A DNA stretch of 20,605 bases, taken from the IMG/VR virus record IMGVR_UViG_2740892209_000013; one strand, given 5' to 3'. A program made the translations under genes and the position numbers. This DNA is from a virus (lineage: Duplodnaviria > Heunggongvirae > Uroviricota > Caudoviricetes). Shown here piece after piece: positions 1 to 8,849 of this stretch (positions are counted from its first letter, which is position 1; the number at the start of each line of letters is the position of its first letter). The notes beneath the pieces are model-generated. The model ran no database searches, was not told the DNA's origin, and was given only the letters and a program-made list of their open reading frames with translations.

Positions 1-1284
1 CTACTTCTTCGCCTCTGCAACCACTTTGCTACCCACGCCGCGGTTATTGTATTCCCACATGCGGTTGTAGTTAGTGTCATTCAGATTGCGCTGTACTTCG
101 TCGTTATCATCAACGCTGCCGGTGTTACCCGCAAACGGACGGTTAGAGATCACCGCATCAGCCCACGGTTTGGCTGTGTTAAAACCTTCGTTGATGGCGC
201 TATCACGGATCACTACCTGACCGTTGGTATTGGCATCAACATCCAGCGAGCGGCCCAGTTGCGCCACGCCATCACCGGAAGCATTGAAACGGCTGTTTAC
301 GGCGAGGAAACCGTAGTAAATGTTGGACAGCGTAGCCGGTGCAAACACATACGCTTCTTGCTGGGTACGGGAGTTCACCACGCGGAATTCGGTGTTATCG
401 AACACCACTGCGCCGCGACCAGAAACGATATCCACATCCCCTTCAATATAGCTGTTGGTCACCAGCGTACGCGGCTGGCGATTCGTTTCCAGACGGTTCT
501 GCACACCGCTGTTGGTGACAAAGAAGGTGTTCTGACGACCGAGAATGTTGACGTTATTGATCTGCACTTTGTCGCCATCAGTACGCAGTGCCACCGCCGG
601 ATGGTTACCCGCATCTACGCTATCGCCCAGCGTGTTTTCGATGGTCAGGTTTTGCAGTTGCAGGCCATTGTTTTGTGACCAGAAGACCGCAGAGCAGAGA
701 ACACCGATACTGTCGCTGCGTTTACTCTGGCAGCTATCGTACATATACCACGCCGGTTTACCTGGCATATATTTGCCGCGCGGGTTGACGTCGTGACGCC
801 AGTCGGCAGGGCTCATGCCACCATCAAGGGAAAGCCCAATCTTCACATCAATCGGTTTTTCACCTGTACCGTACAGAGTAATTCCACCCGGAGCGGCAGG
901 GACATACACCGTTCCCTGATACTCACCAGGCATCACGGCAATATACTGGCGCTTGTTGGTACGCTTGATAATTGCCGCATCTACCGCCGCCTGAATCGTG
1001 GTATGCGTTACACCTTGAGTACCCGCCGGGCCGACAACAAAGTCAGGTTGCGCAGGCAGGGTAATCGGGGAAGGATTCCACGCTGCCGCACCTGGTGTCA
1101 GGGATGCAAAATAGTGTTGAGCATCGAAATTCTGCGCTTCTTTTGCCGACAGAATCGGGCGAGAAGAGGTACCAGGCGCGGTTTGATCAGAAGGACGTTG
1201 ATCGGGCGGTGTTGAGCTACAGGCGGTCAGCGTCACGCCAAAAGCCAATGCCAGCGCCAGACGGGAAACTGAAAATGTGTTCAC
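1..1284 (-). CDS. ybhC: YbhC, pectinesterase-family outer-membrane lipoprotein (acyl-CoA thioesterase); host gene flanking att-lambda
   Basis: 427-aa ORF with stop at 1-3; N-terminus MNTFSVSRLALALAFGVTLTACSS (lipoprotein signal) matches recalled E. coli YbhC; sits immediately outside the att core. Confidence 0.9.
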   Translation of the reverse strand: MNTFSVSRLALALAFGVTLTACSSTPPDQRPSDQTAPGTSSRPILSAKEAQNFDAQHYFASLTPGAAAWNPSPITLPAQPDFVVGPAGTQGVTHTTIQAAVDAAIIKRTNKRQYIAVMPGEYQGTVYVPAAPGGITLYGTGEKPIDVKIGLSLDGGMSPADWRHDVNPRGKYMPGKPAWYMYDSCQSKRSDSIGVLCSAVFWSQNNGLQLQNLTIENTLGDSVDAGNHPAVALRTDGDKVQINNVNILGRQNTFFVTNSGVQNRLETNRQPRTLVTNSYIEGDVDIVSGRGAVVFDNTEFRVVNSRTQQEAYVFAPATLSNIYYGFLAVNSRFNASGDGVAQLGRSLDVDANTNGQVVIRDSAINEGFNTAKPWADAVISNRPFAGNTGSVDDNDEVQRNLNDTNYNRMWEYNNRGVGSKVVAEAKK

Positions 1285-1330
1285 AGGTTGCTCCGGGCTA
1301 TGAAATAGAAAAATGAATCCGTTGAAGCCT

Positions 1331-1418
1331 GCTTTTTTATACTAAGTTGGCATTATAAAAAAACATTGCTTATCAATTTGTTGCAACGAACAGGTCACTA
1401 TCAGTCAAAATAAAATCA
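1331..1418. other. attL: attL (B-O-P'): lambda att core GCTTTTTTATACTAA at 1331-1345 followed by the P' arm with Int arm-type sites
   Basis: Exact 15-bp lambda common core; downstream sequence ...gttggcattataaaaaaacattgcttatcaatttgttgcaacgaacaggtcactatcagtcaaaataaaatcattatttg... matches recalled lambda attP P' arm; int follows directly. Confidence 0.9.
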
Positions 1419-2489
1419 TTATTTGATTTCAATTTTGTCCCACTCCCTGCCTCTGTCATCACGATACTGTGATGCCATGGTGTCCGACTTATGCCCGAGA
1501 AGATGTTGAGCAAACTTATCGCTTATCTGCTTCTCATAGAGTCTTGCAGACAAACTGCGCAACTCGTGAAAGGTAGGCGGATCCCCTTCGAAGGAAAGAC
1601 CTGATGCTTTTCGTGCGCGCATAAAATACCTTGATACTGTGCCGGATGAAAGCGGTTCACGACGAGTAGATGCAATTATGGTTTCTCCGCCAAGAATCTC
1701 TTTGCATTTATCAAGTGTTTCCTTCATTGATATCCCGAGAGCATCAACATGCAATGTTGTAGGGATGGCAATTTTTACGCCTGTTTTGCTTTGTTCGACA
1801 TAAAGATATCCATCTACGATATCAGACCACTTCATTTCGCATAAATCACCAACTCGCTGCCCGGTAACAACAGCCAGTTCCATTGCAAGTCTGAGCCAAC
1901 ATGGTGATGATTCTGCTGCTTGATAAATTTTCAGGTATTCGTCAGCCGTAAGTCTTGATCTCCTTACCTCTGATTTTGCTGCGCGAGTGGCAGCGACCGG
2001 GTTTGTTGTTATATGGCCTTCAGCTATTGCCTCTCGGAATGCATCGCTCAGTGTTGATCTGATTAACTTGGCTGACGCCGCCTTGCCCTCGTCTATGTAT
2101 CCATTGAGCATTGCCGCAATTTCTTTTGTGGTGATGTCTTCAAGTGGAGCATCAGGCAGCCCCCTCCTTATTGCTTTAATTTTGCTCATGTAATTTATGA
2201 GTGTCTTCTGCTTGATTCCTCTGCTGGCGAGGATTTTTTCGTAGCGATCAAGCCATGAATGTAACGTAACAGAATTATCACTGTTGATTCTCGCTGTCAG
2301 AGGCTTGTGTTTGTGTCCTGAAAATAACTCAATATTGGCCTGTATTGCTTCAGTGATTGCTATCCTCCTGTCTCGGCCTAAACCAAACTCTTTACCCGTC
2401 CTTGGGTCCCTGTAGCAGTAATATCCATTGTTTCTTATATAAAGGTTAGGGGGTAAATCCCGGCGCTCATGACTTCGCCTTCTTCCCAT
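1419..2489 (-). CDS. int: Lambda-type integrase (tyrosine recombinase)
   Basis: 356-aa ORF, MGRRRSHERRDLPPNLYIRNNGYYCYRDPRTGKEFGLGRDRR..., same length and near-identical to recalled lambda Int; adjacent to att. Confidence 0.97.
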   Translation of the reverse strand: MGRRRSHERRDLPPNLYIRNNGYYCYRDPRTGKEFGLGRDRRIAITEAIQANIELFSGHKHKPLTARINSDNSVTLHSWLDRYEKILASRGIKQKTLINYMSKIKAIRRGLPDAPLEDITTKEIAAMLNGYIDEGKAASAKLIRSTLSDAFREAIAEGHITTNPVAATRAAKSEVRRSRLTADEYLKIYQAAESSPCWLRLAMELAVVTGQRVGDLCEMKWSDIVDGYLYVEQSKTGVKIAIPTTLHVDALGISMKETLDKCKEILGGETIIASTRREPLSSGTVSRYFMRARKASGLSFEGDPPTFHELRSLSARLYEKQISDKFAQHLLGHKSDTMASQYRDDRGREWDKIEIK

Positions 2490-2685
2490 TTCTGATCCTC
2501 TTCAAAAGGCTACCTGTTACTGGTCGATTTAAGTCAACCTTTACCGCTGATTCGTGGAACAGATACTCTCTTCCATCCTTAACCGGAGGAGGGAATATCC
2601 TGCATTCGCGCACCCATCGACGAACTGTTTCAAGGCTTCTTGGGCGTCGCTGGCGTGCGTTCCACTCCTGAAGTGTCAAGTACAT
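2467..2685 (-). CDS. xis: Excisionase
   Basis: 72 aa, MYLTLQEWNARQRRPRSLETVRRWVRECRIFPPPVKDGREYLFHESAVKVDLNRP..., matches lambda Xis; 3' end overlaps int start as in lambda. Confidence 0.95.
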   Translation of the reverse strand: MYLTLQEWNARQRRPRSLETVRRWVRECRIFPPPVKDGREYLFHESAVKVDLNRPVTGSLLKRIRNGKKAKS

Positions 2686-2708
2686 CGCAAAGTCTCCGCA
2701 ATTACACG

Positions 2709-2733
2709 CAAGAAAAAGCCGCCATCAGGCGGC
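2709..2733 (-). terminator. Intrinsic terminator-like hairpin (GCCGCC-TGAT-GGCGGC then T-rich run on the minus strand) at the 3' end of orf55
   Basis: Perfect 6-bp GC stem and TTTTTCTT on the minus strand, read directly from the sequence. Confidence 0.4.
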
Positions 2734-2892
2734 TTGGTGTTCTTTCAGTTCTTCAATTCGAATATTGGTTATGTCTGCATGTGCTATCTGCGCCCATATC
2801 ATCCAGTGGTCATAGCAGTCATTGATGTTCTCTGCTTCGATAACTCTGTTGAATGGTTCTCCATTCCATTCACCTGTGACTCGGAAGTGCAT
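2725..2892 (-). CDS. Small conserved lambda early-left protein (orf55-like), function unknown
   Basis: Own translation: MHFRVTGEWNGEPFNRVIEAENINDCYDHWMIWAQIAHADITNIRIEELKEHQAA (55 aa); below the 60-aa cutoff of the ORF track; matches the recalled lambda ORF between xis and ea8.5. Confidence 0.65.
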   Translation of the reverse strand: MHFRVTGEWNGEPFNRVIEAENINDCYDHWMIWAQIAHADITNIRIEELKEHQAA

Positions 2893-3134
2893 TTATCATC
2901 TCCATAAAACAAAACCCGCCGTAGCGAGTTCAGATAAAAGAAATCCTCGTCAGTGCGAGGATGCTGTTCATTGCTGCTATACACTTTTTTGCTCTCAACG
3001 TAAGCGGTAGCTCATTCTGTTGGGTTGGTGCAGTTGCTTTTAGGAAATGCTATTTACCCCTTAAACGTCGGCTGAAAGAGCTAAAATCCATGCAAAAAAT
3101 TTACGCAATTTTGTGTATTATTGTGCAGTAAGTA

Positions 3135-3737
3135 ATGAGCTATTTTCTGCGCAAAAAATGGATGGTAAATTTGTCCGGGGCAGGAAAAATTTTATGGACG
3201 CTAAACATGAAAAAAGATTCGTATCCTTATTTGATTTGCATGACAGTTTCAGGCCTGATCTTTATTTTCCTTTTCTTCTGGTGGCGGGCAGATATTTACA
3301 GGGTCACGTTTCTTAATCAGAGTATATCCCACTATTACATTCTGTTTAGCATGGGAATAGCTTTTCTGTTATCTCTGTTTTGGGTTAAGAAGGGGATAGT
3401 AAAACAAAGCGGCTGGAAGAGTCTGTCAGCATACCTTAAGGTTTATGCAGGGATGTGCATATTTGCTGGATTTTTTCTGATTATACCCCTTACAACACTA
3501 ACTTATTTTTTGCCTGGAGAGACATCGTCTTATGTTGCACCGTATCGGTATACTTCCGGTAGTTCAAAAAGTTGTTCTGGAGCTGAGGTGGATGACCCCG
3601 ATCTACATGAGAATATTCGCATTTGCTATCCGTATGGCAATTATGAGTACGATAATATTATCTATGTTGAAAAGAAAATTAATACATTAGGTGCGGTAGT
3701 AACATATGCACAGACCGCGCGTGATGATACTGAATGA
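3135..3737 (+). CDS. Hypothetical membrane protein (about 3 predicted TM segments plus C-terminal soluble domain), non-lambda cargo replacing ea8.5/ea22; start uncertain (3135, 3162 or 3207)
   Basis: 200-aa ORF on the strand opposite the pL operon; hydrophobic stretches LICMTVSGLIFIFLFFWW, YYILFSMGIAFLLSLFWV, GMCIFAGFFLIIPLTTLTYFL; AT-rich; flanked by lambda homology that resumes at 3945. Confidence 0.6.
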   Translation: MSYFLRKKWMVNLSGAGKILWTLNMKKDSYPYLICMTVSGLIFIFLFFWWRADIYRVTFLNQSISHYYILFSMGIAFLLSLFWVKKGIVKQSGWKSLSAYLKVYAGMCIFAGFFLIIPLTTLTYFLPGETSSYVAPYRYTSGSSKSCSGAEVDDPDLHENIRICYPYGNYEYDNIIYVEKKINTLGAVVTYAQTARDDTE

Positions 3738-3771
3738 GATAGTATATAGCGGGCAAGTTTTAGTTAATTTA

Positions 3772-3800
3772 TCGAGGTAATATAATTTACCTCGACTCGT
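3772..3800 (+). terminator. Hairpin (TCGAGGTAA-tataat-TTACCTCGA) downstream of the membrane-protein gene, possible terminator
   Basis: 9-bp perfect inverted repeat 35 nt after the stop codon; following T-run is weak. Confidence 0.3.
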
Positions 3801-3947
3801 TTATTCTGGTATTAATATTTCGCTTTACGATCGATTTTTATCTGATGATATCATGCGGTTTTCATATACTGACTTACTGTCTTTTCTCCGTTAGCGATTT
3901 TCTCCTGCTCAGCGATGATTTTATCTTTGGCTTCTAGTTAATTTCGC

Positions 3948-4169
3948 TCACTTCGAACCTCTCTGTTTACTGATAAGTTCCAGATCCTCCTGGCAACTTG
4001 CACAAGTCCGACAACCCTGAACGGCCAGGCGTCTTCGCTCATCTATGGGATCGCCACACTCACAACAATGAGTGGCAGATATAGCCTGGTGGTTCAGGCG
4101 GCGCATTTTTATTGCTGTGTTGCGCTGTAATTCTTCAATTTCTGATGCTGAATCAATGATGTCTGCCAT
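3948..4169 (-). CDS. TraR/DksA-family C4 zinc-finger protein (lambda orf73-like)
   Basis: 73 aa with CxxC...CxxC (CCECGDPIDERRRLAVQGCRTCASC); stop overlaps the GTG of a 5-codon ea22 start remnant (GTGA); matches the recalled lambda early-left small ORF. Confidence 0.7.
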   Translation of the reverse strand: MADIIDSASEIEELQRNTAIKMRRLNHQAISATHCCECGDPIDERRRLAVQGCRTCASCQEDLELISKQRGSK

Positions 4170-4267
4170 CTTCCATTAATCCCTGAATTGTTGGTTAATA
4201 CGCTTGAGGGTGAATGCGAACAATAAAAAAGGAGCCTGTAGCTCCCTGATGATTTTGCTTTTCATGC

Positions 4268-4549
4268 TCACCGTTCCTTAAAGACGCCGTTTAACATGCC
4301 GATCGCCAGGCTTAAATGAGTCGGTGTGAATCCCATCAGCGTTACCGTTTCGCGGTGCTTCTTCAGTACGCTACGGCAAATGTCATCGACGTTTTTATCC
4401 GGAAACTGCTGTCTGGCTTTTTTGATTTCAGAATTAGCCTGACGGGCAATACTGCGAAGGGCGTTTTCTTGCTGAGGTGTCATTGAACAAGTCCCATGTC
4501 GGCAAGCATAAGCACACAGAATATGAAGCCCGCTGCCAGAAAAATGCAT
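4268..4549 (-). CDS. Small lambda early-left protein of unknown function (orf61 region homolog); alternative start at 4483 gives 71 aa
   Basis: ORF in conserved lambda-like sequence between the TraR-like gene and orf63; start not resolvable from sequence. Confidence 0.45.
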   Translation of the reverse strand: MHFSGSGLHILCAYACRHGTCSMTPQQENALRSIARQANSEIKKARQQFPDKNVDDICRSVLKKHRETVTLMGFTPTHLSLAIGMLNGVFKER

Positions 4550-4559
4550 TCAGTGGTTG

Positions 4560-4751
4560 TCATACCAGGTCTCTCTCATCTGCTTCTGCTTTCGCCACCA
4601 TCATTTCCAGCTTTTGCGAAAGGGATGTGGCTAACGTATGAAATTCTTCGTCTGTTTCTACTGGTATTGGCACAAACCTGACTCCAATTTGAGCAAGGCT
4701 ATGTGCCATCTCAATACTCGTTCTTAACTCAACAGGAGATGCTTTGTGCAT
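4560..4751 (-). CDS. Lambda orf63-like small protein
   Basis: 63-aa [66 protein letters not shown] in the lambda position upstream of orf60a and exo. Confidence 0.6.
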   Translation of the reverse strand: MHKASPVELRTSIEMAHSLAQIGVRFVPIPVETDEEFHTLATSLSQKLEMMVAKAEADERDLV

Positions 4752-4906
4752 ATCGCCTCCCGTTTATTATTTATCTCCTCAGCCAGCCGCTGGGCTTTCA
4801 GCGGATTTCGGATAACAGAAAGGCCGGGAAATACCCAGCCTCGCTTCGTAACGGAGTAGACGAAAGTGATCGTGCCTACGCGGATATTATCGTGAGGATG
4901 CTTCAT
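4724..4906 (-). CDS. Lambda orf60a-like small protein
   Basis: 60 aa from [24 protein letters not shown]...; stop overlaps exo start region as in lambda. Confidence 0.6.
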   Translation of the reverse strand: MKHPHDNIRVGTITFVYSVTKRGWVFPGLSVIRNPLKAQRLAEEINNKREAICTKHLLLS

Positions 4907-5583
4907 CGCCATTGCTCCCCAAATACAAAACCAATTTCAGCCAGTGCCTCGTCCATTTTTTCGATGAACTCCGGCACCATCTCGTCAAAACCCGCCATGT
5001 ACTTTTCATCCCGCTCAACCACGACATAATGCAGGCCTTCACGCTTCATACGCGGGTCATAGTTGGCAAAGTACCAGGCATCTTTTCGCGTCACCCACAT
5101 GCTGTACTGCACCTGGGCCATGTAAGCCGACTTTATGGCCTCGAAACCACCGAGCCTGAACTTCATGAAATCCCGGGAGGTAAACGGGCATTTCAGCTCA
5201 AGGCCGTTGCCGTCACTGCATAAACCATCGGGAGAGCAGGCGGTGCGCATACTTTCGTCGCGATAGATGATCGGGGATTCAGTAACATTCACGCCGGAAG
5301 TGAATTCAAACAGGGTTCTGGCGTCGTTCTCGTACTGTTTTCCCCAGGCCAGCGCCTTAGCATTAACTTCCGGAGCCACACCGGTGCAAACCTCAGCCAG
5401 CAGGGTGTGGAAGTAGGACATTTTCATGTCAGGCCACTTCTTTCCTGAGCGGGGCTTTGCTATCACGTTGTGAACTTCTGAAGCGGTGATGACGCCGAGC
5501 CGTAATTTGTGCCATGCATCATCCCCCTGTTCGACAGCTCTCACGTCGATCCCGGTACGCTGCAGGATAATGTCCGGTGTCAT
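4903..5583 (-). CDS. exo: Lambda exonuclease (Red-alpha), 5'-3' dsDNA exonuclease
   Basis: 226 aa, [65 protein letters not shown]..., matches lambda Exo; overlaps bet stop. Confidence 0.97.
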   Translation of the reverse strand: MTPDIILQRTGIDVRAVEQGDDAWHKLRLGVITASEVHNVIAKPRSGKKWPDMKMSYFHTLLAEVCTGVAPEVNAKALAWGKQYENDARTLFEFTSGVNVTESPIIYRDESMRTACSPDGLCSDGNGLELKCPFTSRDFMKFRLGGFEAIKSAYMAQVQYSMWVTRKDAWYFANYDPRMKREGLHYVVVERDEKYMAGFDEMVPEFIEKMDEALAEIGFVFGEQWR

Positions 5584-6365
5584 GCTGCCACCTTCTGCTC
5601 AGTGGCTTTCTGTTTCAGGAATCCAAGAGCTTTCACTGCTTCGGCCTGTGTCAGTTCTGACGATGCGCGAATGTCGCGGCGAAATATCTGGGAACAGAGC
5701 GGCAATAAGTCGTCATCCCATGTTTTATCCAGGGCGATTAGCAGAGTGTTAATCTCCTGCATGGTTTCATCGTTAACCGGAGTGATGTCGCGTTCCGGCT
5801 GGCGTTCTGCAGTGTATGCAGTATTTTCGACAATGCGCTCGGCTTCATCCTTGTCATAGATACCAGCAAATCCGAAGGCCAGACGGGCACACTGAATCAT
5901 AGCTTTATGCCGTAACATCCGTTTAGGATGCGACTGCCACGGCCCCGTGATTTCTCTGCCTTCGCGGGTTTTGAATGGTTCGCGGCGGCATTCATCCATC
6001 CATTCGGTAACGCAGATCGGATGATTACGGTCCTTGCGGTAAATCCGGCATGTACAGGATTCATTGTCCTGCTCAAAGTCCATGCCATCAAACTGCTGGT
6101 TTTCATTGATGATGCGGGACCAGCCATCAACGCCCACCACCGGAACGATGCCGTTCTGCTTATCAGGGAAGGCGTAAATTTCTTTCGTCCACGGATTAAG
6201 GCCGTACTGGTTGGCGACGATCAACAATGCGATGAACTGCGCATCGCTGGCATCGCCTTTAAATGCCGTCTGGCGAAGAGTGGTGATCAGTTCCTGTGGG
6301 TCGACAGAATCCATGCCGACACGTTCAGCCAGCTTCCCTGCCAGCGTTGCGAGTGCTGTACTCAT
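5580..6365 (-). CDS. bet: Red-beta single-strand annealing recombinase
   Basis: 261 aa, [82 protein letters not shown]..., matches lambda Bet. Confidence 0.97.
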   Translation of the reverse strand: MSTALATLAGKLAERVGMDSVDPQELITTLRQTAFKGDASDAQFIALLIVANQYGLNPWTKEIYAFPDKQNGIVPVVGVDGWSRIINENQQFDGMDFEQDNESCTCRIYRKDRNHPICVTEWMDECRREPFKTREGREITGPWQSHPKRMLRHKAMIQCARLAFGFAGIYDKDEAERIVENTAYTAERQPERDITPVNDETMQEINTLLIALDKTWDDDLLPLCSQIFRRDIRASSELTQAEAVKALGFLKQKATEQKVAA

Positions 6366-6370
6366 CCGTT

Positions 6371-6787
6371 TTATACCTCTGAATCAATATCAACCTGATG
6401 GTGAGCAATGGTTTCAACCATGTACCGGATGTGTTCTGCCATGCGCTCCTGAAACTCAACATCGTCATCAAACGCACGGGTAATGGCTTTTTTGCTGGCC
6501 CCGTGGCGTTGCAAATGACCGATGCATAGCGATTCAAACAGGTGCTGGGGCAGGCCTTTTTCCATGTCGTCTGCCAGTTCTGCCTCTTTCTCTTCACGGG
6601 CTATCTGCTGGTAGTGACGCGCCCAGCTCTGAGCCTCAAGACGATCCTGAATGTAATAAGCGTTCATGGCCGAACTCCTGAAATAGCTGTGAAAATATCG
6701 CCCGCGAAATGCCGGGCTGATTAGGAAAACAGGAAAGGGGGTTAGTGAATGCTTTTGCTTGATCTCAGTTTCAGTATTAATATCCAT
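6371..6787 (-). CDS. gam: Gam, RecBCD inhibitor
   Basis: 138 aa, [61 protein letters not shown]..., matches lambda Gam. Confidence 0.97.
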   Translation of the reverse strand: MDINTETEIKQKHSLTPFPVFLISPAFRGRYFHSYFRSSAMNAYYIQDRLEAQSWARHYQQIAREEKEAELADDMEKGLPQHLFESLCIGHLQRHGASKKAITRAFDDDVEFQERMAEHIRYMVETIAHHQVDIDSEV

Positions 6788-6885
6788 TTTTTATAAGCGT
6801 CGACGGCCTCACGAAACATCTTTTCATCGCCAATAAAAGTGGCGATAGTGAATTTAGTCTGGATAGCCATAATTGTTTGATCCAT
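6742..6885 (-). CDS. kil: Kil, host cell-division (FtsZ) inhibitor
   Basis: 47 aa [47 protein letters not shown] inside the longer ORF-track frame 6742..7011; matches lambda Kil. Confidence 0.85.
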   Translation of the reverse strand: MDQTIMAIQTKFTIATFIGDEKMFREAVDAYKKWILILKLRSSKSIH

Positions 6886-7018
6886 TTTTTGGGACTCCTG
6901 GCTGATTAAGTATGTCGATAAGGCGTTTCCATCCGTCACGTAATTTACGGGTGATTCGTTCAAGTAAAGATTCGGAAGGGCAGCCAGTAACAGGCCACCC
7001 TGCAATGGCATATTGCAT
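6854..7018 (-). CDS. cIII: CIII, inhibitor of FtsH-mediated CII degradation
   Basis: Own translation, below ORF-track cutoff: [54 protein letters not shown] (54 aa), near-identical to lambda CIII. Confidence 0.85.
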   Translation of the reverse strand: MQYAIAGWPVTGCPSESLLERITRKLRDGWKRLIDILNQPGVPKNGSNNYGYPD

Positions 7019-7090
7019 GGTGTGCTCCTTATTTATACATAACGAAAAACGCCTCGAGTGAAGCGTAATTGGTATGCGGTAACGCCGCGC

Positions 7091-7459
7091 TCAGGCGGCC
7101 TTGATAGTCATATCATCTGAATCAAATATTCCTGATGTATCGATATCGGTAATTCTTATTCCTTCACTACCATCCATTGGAGGCCATCCTTCCTGACCAT
7201 TTCCATCATTCCAGTCGAACTCACACACAACACCATATGCATTTAAGTCGCTTGAAATTGCTATAAGCAGAGCATGTTGCGCCAGCATGATTAATACAGC
7301 ATTTAATACAGAGCCGTGTTTATTGAGTCGGTATTCAGAGTCTGACCAGAAATTATTAATCTGGTGAAGTTTTTCCTCTGTCATTACGTCATGGTCGATT
7401 TCAATTTCTATTGATGCTTTCCAGTCGTAATCAATGATGTATTTTTTGATGTTTGACAT
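7091..7459 (-). CDS. ea10: Ea10 (lambda Ssb-like early protein)
   Basis: 122 aa, MSNIKKYIIDYDWKASIEIEIDHDVMTEEKLHQINNFWSDSEYRLNKHGSVLNAVLIMLAQ..., matches lambda Ea10. Confidence 0.85.
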   Translation of the reverse strand: MSNIKKYIIDYDWKASIEIEIDHDVMTEEKLHQINNFWSDSEYRLNKHGSVLNAVLIMLAQHALLIAISSDLNAYGVVCEFDWNDGNGQEGWPPMDGSEGIRITDIDTSGIFDSDDMTIKAA

Positions 7460-7477
7460 CTGTTCATATCCTCACAG

Positions 7478-7505
7478 ATAAAAAATCGCCCTCATCTTGG
7501 AGGGC
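7478..7505 (-). terminator. Intrinsic terminator-like hairpin (GCCCTC-n6-GAGGGC then TTTTTTAT on the minus strand) upstream of ea10 in the pL operon
   Basis: Stem-loop plus T-tract read on the minus strand; same element present in recalled lambda sequence. Confidence 0.4.
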
Positions 7506-7647
7506 AAAGAAGATTTCCAATAATCAGAACAAGTCGGCTCCTGTTTAGTTACGAGCGACATTGCTCCGTGTATTCACTCGTTGGAATGAATACACAGCGC
7601 TGTGTTTATTCTGTTGTTTGCGTGAAAATGAAATCCGCCTGAGCGGG

Positions 7648-8517
7648 TTATGACCACTTTTTGTTTGGGTTTCGTTGGTGAGCGTGGTTTACAGGATTAT
7701 TTGATATACCCCATAACTCTGACTCGCTTATCTCTACACGAGAGAAAGACCTGCTTTCTTTCAGTTCTTTTATAAACCTAGAACCTAAGATGACATCTAT
7801 TGTACCAGAAAGTTCTTGTAAAAGATCTTTGTTTTTTCTGAGGAAGAAAATATCTTCTTTATATTTAATTTTTACATAGAATTTATTCTGTATTTTTAAT
7901 ATATCAAAGCATGGCAGATATCTATATCCCTCATATTTTCGCCACTGCTTAACAATTATAACATCTTTTTCATTTACTGCATTAATCAGCCCAAGACAAA
8001 GTACAGGTATGAATATTCTATTGTCTGCCGAAAGCGTACAATTATCACCACCAGGCAAATATGTATAAATCATGTCGGAATTTTTATACGCATCAACGAA
8101 TGCACGTAAGAAGCGTACATATTTTTGCCATCCGTTTATACCGAATTTACCATATAAGTATTCTTTATTTGTTAGAAGAAAACTATTTGTATCAGGATCC
8201 TTATCTACAGACCTGTCGATAAGATCTCCAACTACGTTTACAAAGTCAAAGACAGAGTTTAATAAGAACAATTGTCTTTCAGTAGGGCGAATTTCAATTA
8301 TGTAGCCAGGATGAAGACGATATTGCATCTGCTTACGAAGTATACCGAACGCTTGGGTCCGAGCATCTGAAAGCAACTTCTTGTCGCCATCGCCGTGAGC
8401 ATTGTTTCTAATAAAACTGATATAATTTGCTAATTTTTCAGCCTCTTTTTTGTGTTTTTTTCGCTCTGATGCTGAGTCTATTGGTTTTGGTATGGACTTG
8501 TAATCAATCTTCTTCAT
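7648..8517 (-). CDS. Hypothetical 289-aa soluble protein, non-lambda cargo in the ral/sieB slot immediately downstream of N; no recognisable family
   Basis: 293-aa ORF (8529) or 289 aa from the second ATG at 8517, which has a GAGGT Shine-Dalgarno 6 nt upstream; first ATG overlaps the ancestral N stop (ATGA); very AT-rich relative to flanks; lambda homology breaks at about 7620 and 8530. Confidence 0.7.
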   Translation of the reverse strand: MKKIDYKSIPKPIDSASERKKHKKEAEKLANYISFIRNNAHGDGDKKLLSDARTQAFGILRKQMQYRLHPGYIIEIRPTERQLFLLNSVFDFVNVVGDLIDRSVDKDPDTNSFLLTNKEYLYGKFGINGWQKYVRFLRAFVDAYKNSDMIYTYLPGGDNCTLSADNRIFIPVLCLGLINAVNEKDVIIVKQWRKYEGYRYLPCFDILKIQNKFYVKIKYKEDIFFLRKNKDLLQELSGTIDVILGSRFIKELKESRSFSRVEISESELWGISNNPVNHAHQRNPNKKWS

Positions 8518-8525
8518 TACGTACC

Positions 8526-8849
8526 TCATGCCAATGGAATGGATTCCCCTTTAACCTTTTGTCTTCCTTGACAAGTTATACCGAACTCACCTGGCTTGCT
8601 ATACCAAACTCGATGATTCTTGCGCTCAATACGTTACAGGTTGCTTTCAATCTGTTCGTGGTATTCAGCCAGCACCGTAAGGTCTATCGGATTCAGTGCG
8701 CTTTCTACTCGTGATTTCGGTTTGCGATTCAGCGAGAGAATAGGGCGGTTAACTGGTTTAGCGCTTACCCCAACCAACAGGGGATTTGCTGCTTTCCATT
8801 GAGCCTGTTTCTCTGCGCGACGTTCGCGGCGGCGTGTTTGTGCATCCAT
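8526..8849 (-). pseudogene. N: Antiterminator N with in-frame ochre stop (TAA at 8634-8636, codon 72; lambda has CAA Gln); translated product would be 71 aa
   Basis: MDAQTRRRERRAEKQAQWKAANPLLVGVSAKPVNRPILSLNRKPKSRVESALNPIDLTVLAEYHEQIESNL then stop; the same frame continues RIERKNHRVWYSKPGEFGITCQGRQKVKGESIPLA, recognisably the N C-terminal region, to a TGA at 8526-8528. Confidence 0.8.

Noticed and set aside
259-1316. Several plus-strand ORFs of 66-140 aa (259..678, 545..796, 588..788, 793..1215, 1095..1316)
   Set aside because: All lie antisense within the well-supported ybhC coding region and have no start signals; typical shadow ORFs
1987-2193. 68-aa plus-strand ORF inside int
   Set aside because: Antisense to a conserved integrase; no independent support
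2554-3010. Plus-strand ORFs 2554..2907, 2640..2825, 2822..3010 and minus-strand ORF 2799..2984
   Set aside because: They overlap xis and the conserved 55-aa lambda ORF, whose frame is the one matching lambda; the alternative frames have no homology or start signals
5486-6483. Plus-strand ORFs antisense to exo and bet (for example 5509..5859, 5928..6398, 6211..6483) and minus-strand ORF 5897..6130
   Set aside because: Embedded in or antisense to the conserved Red recombination genes; lambda has no genes on this strand here
8072-8305. 77-aa plus-strand ORF inside the 289-aa cargo gene
   Set aside because: Antisense within an AT-rich coding region, where chance ORFs are frequent; not proposed as a partner gene without evidence
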